From: Stegostoma tigrinum
Lineage: Eukaryota
Length of the DNA stretch: 64,000 bases
Reading direction: 5' to 3'
Assembly: GCF_030684315.1 (NCBI RefSeq)
Contig: NC_081355.1
Coordinates: 29,723,316-29,787,315, forward strand
Made by a program: the position numbers and the translations under genes. Each line of letters opens with the position of its first letter. The stretch's first letter is position 1. Shown here in pieces: positions 52,229 through 64,000 of this stretch. The notes beneath the pieces are model-generated. The model saw nothing but the letters and a program-made list of their open reading frames with translations, searched no databases and was not told the origin of the DNA.

Positions 52229-54185
52229 ATTCAAAGTACCTGATAATTCACATTCTTTGCACTAATTCTACTATACTGTAGCTTGGAATTAAATAGCACT
52301 TTTAAAACTTCCACAAATACTTCACCTTACTGCCAGGTTAGCAGGGATGCCCCGTTGCGTCTGGGTGCTTCTCTTCAGGTGCTGCTGCTGTGGTCAATGT
52401 CTACTTAACCCCTTCTGCTAGTGACACCAGTGCCTTGACGTGACATCAGAGGGTGCTTCTGTACCTGCCAAGGTCCACTCAGACAGCAAGGTCAGCATCC
52501 TGCCTCCTTTAAAGGTGGTAGCGAATAGAGAGCACAACATACAAGCATTTGTAGCTTCTACAATCAAAAGAAATACAAGCATAAATAGACCATTTGACTC
52601 CTCACAAAAGGATCATATCTGAACTCTTTATGTTTTGAATTCCACATTTCCATCTTCCAATGTCTGAACATGGATCAATCTAATCTTACTTACAAATGTA
52701 CAATGAATCCACCTCCACCATTTTCTGAGGCAGAGTTTTCCAAAATCACATAACAATCTGAGAGAAAAACATTCTCCTCATCTCAGCCTAAAAAAGCCAA
52801 CTTCTAACCTTAAAACAGTGTCCCCCATTTCTGGACTTAGAAACGGAAACATCCTTTCCACGGAGTGAAGTCGTGTTAAGAAGACATATTAGATATATCT
52901 GGGTTGTGCAAAGTGAGTAGATCATTAGTTAGCATGGCAATGCTTGTGGATGCCAACCTCTATACTAAGGTGTTATTAGTTTCTTCTACATTTCCATTTA
53001 TTCTGATCTATATTATCCAGATAAACCCCTTCTAAAAATGGAAATGTGCTGAACTTAAGATGGCTGCTGCAATCACACAACTGGATTGAGCATGAATCCT
53101 TGAAAGCCTGCAGTAAATCAAAACATGTGCCAGGCCATTAACACCTTATTTAACTCTCAAGAGAATTAACTGGATACCTATCATGATATCAGGCACTCGA
53201 GTGAAGACCATATCATAGAAGAATTGCAAGTGATTGCTGTCTGACATTAAGCTGGAATAGCATTCCAATTAGCCACTGCGATGGCCTTCAGAACCCTTCA
53301 CCACCCCACACCATGTGCCCCCCCCCCACCCCGCCTCCCTCCAACCCCAGCAGCCACTTTTTGAGGACATCAAAGTCCTTCATTTCTCTGAAATGGTTTT
53401 TCAGAAACCATCTTGTTACATGATTGAGACTGGGCTGTTGGATTCGAAATGCAGTTTCAGGTCTTTGCAGCTTGCTGTTCACCTCTCTATCATTCAATAG
53501 TCTCACCTCCAGAACAAATCTTTAACATTGCCTACCAACTGGACTAATACTCCAATTACAAAAGTTAATGCTGGACCTTTGATTGTCATCACTCTATCTT
53601 ACAGCTCCCCAAAAAAGAACTGCTACAAAATGAAAAGCCCCCAGTTGTAGACTGACTCACTTTGACTCTTAGTTGTATTAACATTTTTGACTTTTTTGAA
53701 GAAATTCATAAGTGCTAACTTCCTTTCTTCCTTTTCTCAGTCATTCTACAATCTATGCATGTGTGTATGAACAAGGCAGTTAAGCAATCTATCTGCGTTT
53801 TGTATGCCATGTCAGTAAACCCTACCTTTGATTTCATCTTAAAGGATTTTTGCTGTGGGTTTAATTTTAAGACTGAAACTCAAAAACCTAAGCCAGGGAT
53901 TGTTTACATGAGTAGGCAAGAGCAAAGCTGGGAACCACAAACACAAGAGAGTCATCAAGAAATCAAATAGGAAACATCTTTATAAATAGAATGGTGAGAA
54001 TGTGAAACTCGCTACTATAGGAAGCTGTCATAGAGAACTGTATAACTGTAGAAGAAGTATATGAAGAAGAATAAGATAAAGGACTGAGGCATTGATGATA
54101 AAGTTTGTTGAAAAAGAAGTGGAGGAATTTTAAGGTAAGTATAAAAATAGACTGGTTCAGTGACATGGCCAATTTCTGGGTTCCA

Positions 54186-54345
54186 TTTTTTTGTTATTCA
54201 CTCCTGGGATGTGGGCATGACTAGCTGGGCCAGCATTTCTTATCCATCCCTTGTTGCCCTCGAGAAGGTAGTGAACTGCCTTTTTGAACTATTGTTGTCC
54301 ATTGTGCTGTAGGTAGATCCACCACACCTTTAGGGAGGGAATGTC
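54186..54345 (-). mobile_element. 3' tail fragment of the CR1/L2-group LINE
   Basis: Matches 4855-5010. Confidence 0.7.
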
Positions 54346-55127
54346 CTCTGCAATTCATTTAAAAACTTGGTCCATTTGATCCAGCTTAAAGCATAAGTCA
54401 TAATTTTACTTCAAGCCTCTGATGCTGGAAGATAGAACTGAGATATCAGGACATCTAATGTGTTTTAACTGATATTTGGAAATTTTGGAATAGAAGTAAC
54501 ATGGTCAGATTATGAGAAAACAATTTAGCTTTATAAAAGTTTCTTCAGTTCAGAAGCCCTTCCACCATTATCTCATAGAATCAACTTCTAAAATCTTGCT
54601 CATCCTGACCTGATGAGTTCCAGTTTTTTATTTCTTAACATTCAAACTTTACCATGCAAACCCAGTGTTTCACACCCATCACCCTAAACTTGCCAACCCT
54701 TTATTTTCCTCTGCATTTCGAGGCTTCAAATTCAAAGTACCTCCATTATCCTCACTAATAAACCCAACCATGATCTTACCCTACTTTGCATCCTCCAACA
54801 TCACCAGTCCTAAATCATTACCCTAAGTCATTTGGTCCTCTGACTCTGGTCTTCTGTCCAATCCACTCTCTGCACGCTGAAACTTAGCAACACATACTTC
54901 GCTGACCCAACCCTGAACTTCTTGAACTTTCTAAAACCCCATGGCCTTCCAACTCATAGTACATCTTTAAAATCCTCGGTAAAGCATCAGGGTGCTGAGC
55001 GTTCATGCTGCTGTTTGGCATCTGCTTCTGCTTCATGAAGTGCTTTGAGATGTTTTCTAAACTTCATGTTGAAAAATGTTGAACTACTCATCAGCAGAGT
55101 GGATGTTCCACACCCTCTTTATCCCTC

Positions 55128-55309
55128 CACTGAACACCCTTGATTGGCTGTAATATTTTGGAAGCATTGTCCTGCATGTCAACATGAGACTCCCCAAGCA
55201 GGCACTCTATTCCCAGCTCTGAAACAGCAGGTAAGCCCAAATGGACACAGGAAGCACTTTGGTGATACTGGAAAAGTGTGGCATTACAGCCGACACCTGC
55301 GAATCACTT
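55128..55309 (+). repeat. 182-bp direct duplicate of 56411-56592
   Basis: Manual alignment: no gaps, 8 mismatches. Confidence 0.9.
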
Positions 55310-56199
55310 AGCAGATGTTGCCATTGCCAAAGTTCTGGGGGTCTGTCTCAAAACCCAGGAAAAGGGGTCATGCTCCTGGGTCTGCTGCTCAATTTGAAAC
55401 ATGTTTAAACAGAGCCTTGTCTCTCCTTATTATATGAATTTGAATCCCATTTTCCAAACAAGATCATAAGGCAGTCTTTACTTTGCCATTCATACTTCAG
55501 AGCTTGTTGCCGTGGTATGTGAACACACAAAGTCTGCAGTGTATCTTATGGTATTTCTTGCAGATAAGCTTATTTCCTCTGCTGCTTTGCACTATTGCAA
55601 AGCAGGCGCTGCAATCTTTTTCTAAGGTCATAAACAGAGGGAGATGTAGAAATAAATCATTCCACAGTATCAACCCTCACTTTTTCTGTATACTTTCCCC
55701 AGGCCCTCTTCCCAAATCTTCCATTCTTCCAGTTCTCTCCTCCCACTCTTGGAATTGCTGCCCAAATCTCAGCAATGGAGATTTTACCTTTAGGTTAAGG
55801 AATCCCCTCAATCAACCATTTGATTCATTCACTATTCTTTAAGATCCTCTGAAGATTTATCTCATAACAAGTTATTTACTACCCCAAACAATATTTTTAT
55901 TTTCATTTAATGTTTGTGAAAATCTTTGGGACATTTTCTCCATTGTAGGTCTCCACTGTAAACGAGAATTGTTGCTGATATTGAGAGGACAGCATTTTTT
56001 TTTTCCACGAAACAGCTCCATATTGCAGATACAGTACATAATTTCCTGAATGATTCAGCCTGTTTTAAGTCTAATGCAGGGTTTCTTTAACATATTTGTA
56101 CATCTTGGATGAATAAAATCGCATTGCTAATTTGAAGTGCATCTTTGTTTTTAAAGGTGAGCAGATGAGAGAAAGTAGTCACAGATCCAGCTATCTCGA

Positions 56200-56866
56200 G
56201 GATGTTCGAGGGCAACAACAGATCTGACACCAAGATCATGGTTCACAGAGCTGTGGTGGTTCCCACCCTTCTATATGGCTCTGAGATGTGGACTGTCAAT
56301 AACAGGCACCTCAAGGCATGGGAGCAGTACCATCTATTGCTGACATACCAACACCAGCGTTGTCAAGCAGGCCAACATCATCAACCAGGCCAATATCCCC
56401 AGCACTGGGGCACTGACTACCCTTGATTGGCTGTAATAGGTTGGAAACATTGTCCTGCATGTCAACATGAGACTCCCCAAGCAGGCACTCTATTCCCAGC
56501 TCTGAAACAGCAGGTAAGCCCAAATGGACACAGGATGCACTTTGGTAATACTGGAAAAGTGTGGCATTACAGCCGACACCTGTGAATCACTTGCCCAAGA
56601 CTGTCTGAAGTGCCAGAGGAGCACCCAGGAAGGCACTGAGCACCATGAGGGCTGCCATCGGGAAAAAGTGGAAGCTATGCAAAAATGGTGAAAGGAGCAC
56701 ACTGCCATACCAATGTCCCACACACCCTTTCCCGCAACTATCTTCAGCCCCAAATGTGGCAGGGTCTGTGGAAGCCCCATTGGACTAGACAGCCACCTAC
56801 TGACTCACTCTGAGAATGGAAGAGAGCCATCCTCATTTGTGAGAGGCCATCAGTGATAATGATGAT
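56200..56866 (+). mobile_element. RTE-clade LINE 3' fragment, decayed
   Basis: DTKIMVHRAVVVPTLLYGSEMWT; C-terminal C-x2-C...H-x3-H remnant; (tga)n-like tail. Confidence 0.8.
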
Positions 56867-58011
56867 ATCCCAAGCTGAATGAAAGCTTGGGGTGGTGAGC
56901 TGAGGTTATCTCCTTGTCAAGTTTTAAGATTCTGTTCTGGAACCCCAGATATCAGATTCACAAGGTATCATGGATTTACCAGAGTGGCTTGTTGCTGAGG
57001 TGTTCTCCTCTTAATTATATCCTGACTCCATTTTGGAGCACGAGTCTTATTTATGCACCTAAGTGATACCAAGAGTACAATATTTTTTGGCTGATTACTT
57101 TTACTGTGGCTGAGATAGCTACGTCAGCCAGCTCACAACCAACAATCAACATGATGCTGCCACCACTGACAATTTGTGAGACGGATGAATACAACAGGGG
57201 CTGTAGTGTCAAACATGCTAGCACTTCATGTTATGAATGCTATACATGTTTAGTGTCATAGGCTATTTGGTATATATGATGAGGGCTACGTATTGTTTGT
57301 TCTATATGAGTAGTGCAAGGTATTGTTATTGTTATACATAGTTATTACCATACATTGAAAAGGGCATATATCGCAAGTGATATGTATTGTCTTTCCCCTT
57401 TTGGAATCCTTACAACTATTGTAAGTACTTCCTAGGGAACATCCATCTTTCTTCAGCTCGAGCAGCAGTCCAAAGACAAAGTAAAGCCAGAACACATCAT
57501 CCATCGTTTAAAACTCAGGCTCAAGAGCCAAAATAAATTCACTTGTCTGTTCACTTGTTTGAACTTCAGTTTTACAAATGACTGCAAGGGCAGACATCCT
57601 TCTTGGTCACACTAGCTAGGTTTGAAGGAGTTTTCCCAAACCCTGGTCTGGTGATTGTGGTTTGTGTCAGTTGATAGATTGGCCAGCTGCACCGTGTGAG
57701 CAGAGCTGTGAGACTCAGAGGCCATTGCTTGAGGTTAGATATACTTTTGAGCCAGGAATTTTAAAAATAGAATTTGTTGTGCTTATGGTGGAGGAAAACC
57801 ATTGCTGGCCTGATGAGATGTTCATGTAGTTTATTGTTTGTTATCAATGTAATTGTTTCTTAAACATTGTTACAAAGATTTCTTTGAGGTACTAGACCCT
57901 TCTCCCACCACATTCTTTTAATATCACTATAGTGGGTGGTGTTTAACATGCCTCAGTATTCACCCCCTCAGACATTTTAAAAACATGATACAATAATCTG
58001 CTGTGCAAATA

Positions 58012-60410
58012 TTGATTTATTTATTGTCACCTGTACAATACAGTGAAAAGCTTTGTTTATGAGTGTTACAGGCAGATCACAGTAAGCAAAGAACGTACAG
58101 ATCAAAAAGACTTAGAGACATACAGGTTACATTGCATAGCGCATGCACTACACAAGATCAATGTTAGCAAGATCAGTGTTATTTGAGGCTAGAGAGTCGA
58201 ATCATCGGTCTGATAATGTCAGGGAAGAAGCTATTCCTGAACCTGCTGGTGCGTATGTTCAGGCTTCTGTATCTTCTGCCTGATGGAAGAGGTTGTAGGA
58301 GGGCATCAACAGGGTGTGATGGGTACTTGATGATGTTGGCAGCCTTTCTGCAGCAGTGCACCAATTAAACAGAGTCCGTGGATGGAAGGTTGGCTTCCGT
58401 GATGGTGTGGGCTGTGCACACCACCTTCTGTGGTTTCTTACAGTCCTGGGCAGAGCAGTTGCCTTACCAGGCTGTTGCGCACCCGGACAGTATGGTTTCT
58501 ATGGTGCATCTGCAGAAGTTGGTGAGGGACCTTATGGACATGCCAAATTACCTGAGCTGCCTGAGGAGGAAGAAGAAGCGTTCTTGTGCCTTCTTGACTG
58601 TCGCATCTACATGGCAAGTCCAGAATGGGTTGTCAGTTATCGCCACTCTAAGGAATGTGATGCTTTTCACCCTATTAAACTCAGTTCCATTGATGTAGAT
58701 GGGGCATGTTCTCCTACTTTCTTTCTGAGGTCAATGATCAAATCTTTAGTTCTGCCAATGTTGAGAAAGAGGTTGTTTTCATTGTATCACTTCACCAAGC
58801 CCTCTATCTCCCTTCTGTAGTTTGATTTGTTGTTAGATATCCGTCCCATCACGGTGTTGTCGTCAGCGAACTTATAAATGGTGTTCATTCAGAATTTGAC
58901 ATCAAAATGGTAGGTGTGCAGGGAATACAGTAAGGGATTGAGGACGTATCCTTGTGGTGGGTTCCAGTGTTGAGTGTTATTGTGGAGGAGGTGCAGTTAC
59001 TGATACTCACTGATTGCGGCCTGTGGGGCAGAAAGCTGAGGATCCAGTTGCAGAGAGTGGAGCTGAGACCAAGGTCACAGACTTTTGAGATCAGTCCGGT
59101 GGGGATAATCATGTTGAGGGCAGAGCTGTAGTTAACGAGCAGGAGTCTGATGTAGGTGGTTTTGTTGTTCAGATGTTCCAGGGATGAGTACAGGGTTAGG
59201 GGTATGGCATCCTTTGTGGACCTGTTATGTCTGTAGGCAAACTGTAAAGGATCGAGTCAGACTGGAAGGCTGGAGTTGATATGGGCCATGACCAGCATCT
59301 CAAAGCACTTCATGATTATTGAAGTCAGAGTCACTGGGTGGTAGTCATTAAGGCACATCACATGTGTTTTCTTGGGCACAGGGATGATGGTGGTCTTCTT
59401 GAAGCTGTTAGGGGCTTCGGCTTGTAGGAGGAAGAGATTGAAGATGTTGACGAATACCTCCACTAGTTGGTCTGCACAGGATCTGAGTGCTCAGCTGGGG
59501 AGACCGTCCAGGCCCTTGGGTTGACTCCCAGGAAAACCAATCTGATTTCTGAAGCAGTGACAGGGGGAACAGGTGTGATGGGGCTGTCAGGGCATGTGTT
59601 GTCACACTGATGGTATTCTGCTCAAACCGAGCTCAAAGCATTGAGCATGTCAGGGAGTGATGTGTCATTGTTTGCTATCTTGCGTTGTTTCATTTTACAT
59701 CCCATAATGTTGTTTAGGCTTTGCCATAGATGGTGGGAGCCTGTTTGGTAGGTCTGGGCCTCTAACTTGCTCTGGTACTGCCCCTGGGCCTCTCTGATGG
59801 CTTTGCGGAGGTCAGACCTGGATTTTCTATATCGATGCAGGTCATCCAACCTGAATGCTGCCTGGTCTGGTCTTCAGGAGGGAGTCGGCTTCCCGGTTCA
59901 TCCAAGGTTTACGGTTGGGGAACACTCGGATTGGCTTCCTTGGTACACGGTCCTCCACACATTTCCTAATGAAGTCCATGGGCATACACGTCTCTGTTTT
60001 CTACTGAACACTTGAACATGGTCCGGACCTTTTGAGTTCTAGCAGTCCCAGAAACAGTTTTCTGCTGCCTGGGACCAGCACCATCCTTCGTGCTGTGAAG
60101 GATTCTCCTGTTTCAGCTTCTGCTTGTAAACAGGCAGGAGGAACACAGCTATGACACAGTGAGGAGCTGTAGGAACACACAGGTCAGGCAACATCAGAGG
60201 AACAGGAAAGTTGACATTTTGGGTTGGGACCCTTCTTCAGAAAATAGGGTCCGGACCCAAAACATCAACTTTCTCGCTCCTCTGATGCTGCCCGGCCTGC
60301 TGTGTTTCTCCAGCTCCTCATTGTATTATCTCAGACTCCAGCATTGGCAGCTCTTGCTATTCCCCAGGAGGAACACAGCACTGTGATCTGATTTTCCGAA
60401 ATGTGGCAGA
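58012..60410 (-). mobile_element. Rex1/Babar-type LINE, decayed, with complete 3' end
   Basis: ORFs 59257-59463, 58885-59112, 58179-58364 (LPSGRRYRSL..RTSRFRNSFFP); KFADD at about 58858-58872; tail gtgacaataaataaatcaat. Confidence 0.88.
60150..60364. mobile_element. Fold-back Penelope pLTR insertion nested in the Rex/Babar copy, 15-bp TSD
   Basis: TSD caggaggaacacagc at 60135-60149 and 60365-60379; inverted pLTR arms. Confidence 0.88.
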
Positions 60411-60499
60411 GTCAGAGGTTGGGAATTTTGTAGCAATGAATTCACCTTCTGATTCCTCAAGTCCAAATTGTTATCTAAATCTGTTGGAATACTCTCCAC

Positions 60500-60915
60500 T
60501 TAACTGGTTGGCTGCAGCTGTAACAACAGTCAAGAAGTTCAGCATCATCCAGGGCAGAGCAACTTATCTGATTAGCACCCTATCCAACATCTTAAAAATA
60601 CAATCGCTCCATCACCAACGTACCATGAAACAACACCATGATCAAGTGCAACAACTTACCAACACTCCTTCATCAGCACTTTCCAGAGCCATAGCCCCTC
60701 CGAAGGACCACAGCAACGGATACATGGGAACACCACCATATGCAAGTTCCCAGTCAAGCCACATGACACTCTCTGGCTTGGAAATGTACATCCATTCCTT
60801 CATTATTGCTGAGACAAAATGGTGTAACTCCCTTCCAAACAGAACTGTGAACTTCGATGGACTGTGGCAGCAGACGGAAGCTCAATACCACATTCTCCAG
60901 GGTATTCTGGGGTGG
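60500..60915 (+). mobile_element. Old 3' fragment of the CR1/L2-group LINE
   Basis: Reverse-complement similarity to 4900-5320 (gggaacaccacc, aactcccttcc, caccacattctc). Confidence 0.6.
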
Positions 60916-60994
60916 GCTGTTTCTCGTGTAGTTTTGAAAGAAGTTGGGATTGTGGGAGGCGGAGTGTTAATTTGGGGCAGACACCTGACAATTG

Positions 60995-61290
60995 GGATGG
61001 TGCGAGCCTCAGTGGTGAGTTGTGCTGCCTCACAGTATCATGGATCCGGGTTTGATTCCACCATTGGGTGACTGTCTGTGTGGAATTTGCATGTTCTCCT
61101 CTTGTCTGCATGGCTTTCCTCCAGGCACTCCGGTTTCCTCCCACAGTCCAAAGATGTGCAGGCTGGGTGGATTAGCCATGAGAAATGCAGGGTTATAGGG
61201 TAGGAGGGTGGTCCTGGGTAGTATGCTCTTCAGAGGGCTGGTGTGGGCTAGATGGGCTGAATGTCCTGTTTGTACACTGTAGGGATTCTA
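60995..61290 (+). mobile_element. HE1/V-SINE-like SINE
   Basis: ctcagtgg...tgctgcctcacag, ggtttcctcccacagtccaaagatgtgcagg, tail acactgtagggattcta. Confidence 0.8.
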
Positions 61291-64000
61291 ATTAGCCTTT
61301 GGTTTTATTAAATTTTGATTTAGTGTTAATTGCTCATAATATTTTCAGCAAACTCTGAAATTGAAAAAGGTACTTGTTCACAGTTACAATGTCCTATTAA
61401 TGTTATTTAGTTTACTAATCAGTGACAGGATTCTTCGTTAACAAAGTCACAGGCCAGTTGCCTTTTTGTTTTTGGCAAAAGCAAACTTCACTAAAGATCT
61501 TTGCTGCATGATGTACTCAGATCCCTTAATAAAATTAATATTTAACAAAATGTATCTTGTCATGGTTATTTTTTAATGTGGAGAATTTAAGCATTTTTCT
61601 TACTAAAGGCAATTATTTCCATTTTCACTGCAATAGAAAATAGTGCCTCTTGAATATTCAATTTTCTCTGTTACATCTTTTCTTCATGGTCATTCCAAAC
61701 CTGCCTGGTCCTCTGTTGCTGCATGAACTGTGAAATGTCCAGACAGGGCAAATAGACAGATAATTGGAAGACTGATCACACTGGGCCATACATTGTGCTT
61801 CTTAGTTGCTGGTAACTGCCTAACACTTGATTGGCATTTTTAAAGACTACTGCAATGCGCTGCAGAGCCAATGAATTGAAGTCACCTGCTGTGATGCAGG
61901 GTTGAGATGGGGTACAGAATGGTTGGAGTTCGGGAGATCTGGAGAGCAGAGGAGATGAGTGGAAACTCCAGCAGGTCAATAACAACTACTTGCAGTTATA
62001 CAGTATCATTAACAAAATAAAGAAGAAGCACTATGTAAGCTTCTATCAGACAAATTTGCCAGAGAGCAGGGGCAAAAGGAAGTTTGTTTCTGTTTGTGTT
62101 TCCTTGAGATATTTGAACTGTCTAGCCAAGTGCAGTACCTCAACTAGACATCCCTGGCTATATATCCTTCTGTCCCTCTAAGGAAGATCCTCACTTGCCA
62201 CTTTAAGGCAGCAACAGCTTCCAATATATCTGCCACCTGCCTTTGCCACTCCTACTTTCTGGAGGCACTAATTAGGGGCACAAAAGTCACCAAACATCCA
62301 TGGCGTCAGGATATGGAATTTGACCAGATGTCGGACTCCTATGTCCACTTTGAAAATCAGACTTTGTCATCTCCCTCTGGGGAAATGAATCAGCCCGGAA
62401 TGAAGCCTGTTTCAATGTGTGTCATTGGGACATCAAGCATTAGATGTGAATATAAGAAGAGCAGAATAACATTTACCAAGACAAACTATTGTTCATCTGT
62501 CCCATGGAGTTTGAAACCATGAAGAACTATTTTTGATATCCTTCCAGCTTTTGCTCAGGCAGGTTTTTCAATTATCTGAACATTGAAAGATCACATCAAA
62601 TCGGATGGAGATATTTAGCCATCCCACTTTCTAATAGCAAATTAGTTTCAGGAACAGTCCTTGTACAGCAATAATCCTTGAACCAAATCATTCATTTGAC
62701 AGTGCAGATTTGTGTTAGCTATCATGGATTGAGGGGTAGATTTTTGCTGGTCACAGGTATGGAAAGCTGCAGGATAAGCCCAGCCAAGATGGACCAAAAG
62801 GCTTCCTTTAGTACTATAAATCTTTCCGAGGAGTTCAGATCAGATTAGTTTCTCTGTTAAGCTGTGCACCTGCAACACTGCATGGCAGCATAGGAAGTGC
62901 CATGCAAACTTGTTAAAGATTGCAAGTAAACTTTCATAAAGAAATTTAAAGGTATTGAATATTGAGAAATCCAGTTGCATACAAGTAAATTTTAAAGGGA
63001 AAAGCCGCAATTCAAATTTAATCTAACTGACTGGTGGAACAGGTTTGAAGGGCTGAATAGTCAATTTTTGATGTTAATGCAAATCAGTCTTTACTAAAAT
63101 TTTATGGTTTGTGAGGAGAATCTTAAGAATTCACGTGCCCTCATCCTGCACAAAGAAATGGAAAACACATTAAGCAATACATCTTCATCTTCCTTTGTTA
63201 CTGATTACAGGTTCTCAGCAGAATAAAAATTCTCAACCTCATCCGGCAAGTTTTCTGAAATAGTTCCAGAAAAGTGGGTGTCCATTACTTCTTCCTTTGA
63301 AATCGATGACACATGTTAGGTAAAACTTTGAAGTCAACTGTTGGGAGCTTTGACTGACTGTGATATTATTGATTCCCCTGAAGCATTGCTGGACTGCAGT
63401 GACAGTAGTAATTTATTGAGCACTTTCAAGAAGTTTTTGATCGGAGATGTCGTGGTACAGTACTGTCCACGGATTATACAACGAGTTGACAAGTTGAACA
63501 GTTCTGATGCTATGTATAAAGAAAACAACAATCAGTCTCATCTCAAAGCAGTAACAACACTCTGCAAAAGGCTCTTGGCTTCTAATAGCCAAAACAGTTT
63601 GAGGCCTAGGAGGTGAAAGGTCACCAACTGTCAAAACAAAAAGCACAGTCTGGAGGTTGAATTCCTGTTTGAAAATTTAGCAGCAAAAGAGAGAGCATGA
63701 GGAGTGAGGATCGAGCTTGGAATATATGTTAAAGAAAATCCAGCTCAAAAAGGACCTTCAATAAAATTTCAGGTCATTCCTTTGATAACATAAATTTCAA
63801 CAGTCATGGAATTTAGAGAATCCTCTCACAAAAGTCAGATAAACATTTGGTGGGGAACTGCACTGTTTGAAGCTGGGGGCAGGGTTTAACTTTATGCTTC
63901 ATGGCTTCATAAATCTGAACATTTCCAACGCTGGCTTTAGATTTGCTGCTTTGAAAGAGCTCTTCACTTGGATTTTTTCTTAAATTGCTGCTTAGAGCTT

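Noticed and set aside
60403-61071. 222-aa ORF
   Set aside because: Runs through a decayed LINE fragment and a SINE head; no coherent domain

Overview
Eukaryotic, repeat-dominated, apparently intronic or intergenic DNA, most likely from a cartilaginous fish (inferred from HE1/V-SINE-like, Deu-domain SINE and shark-type CR1 repeats). No intact host protein-coding gene is supported. Recognisable ORFs are retroelement-derived: CR1, Rex1/Babar, RTE, a CR1/L2-group LINE and Penelope-like elements (PLEs). The main signal is a PLE system. A near-intact Neptune-type RT plus GIY-YIG element (8032-10925) has an inverted terminal arm and a 15-bp target-site duplication (TSD). At least five short fold-back insertions are each flanked by an 11-15 bp TSD, carry minimal hammerhead-ribozyme-like motifs, and have a short extra tail on only one arm. 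Also notable: a LINE whose 5' end is the tRNA-like head of a local SINE, two inverted Rex/Babar copies 37 kb apart with mosaic identity suggesting gene conversion, and a 182-bp local duplication. Coordinates were read by eye; old-repeat boundaries are approximate and family names come from recalled consensus motifs, not database searches.
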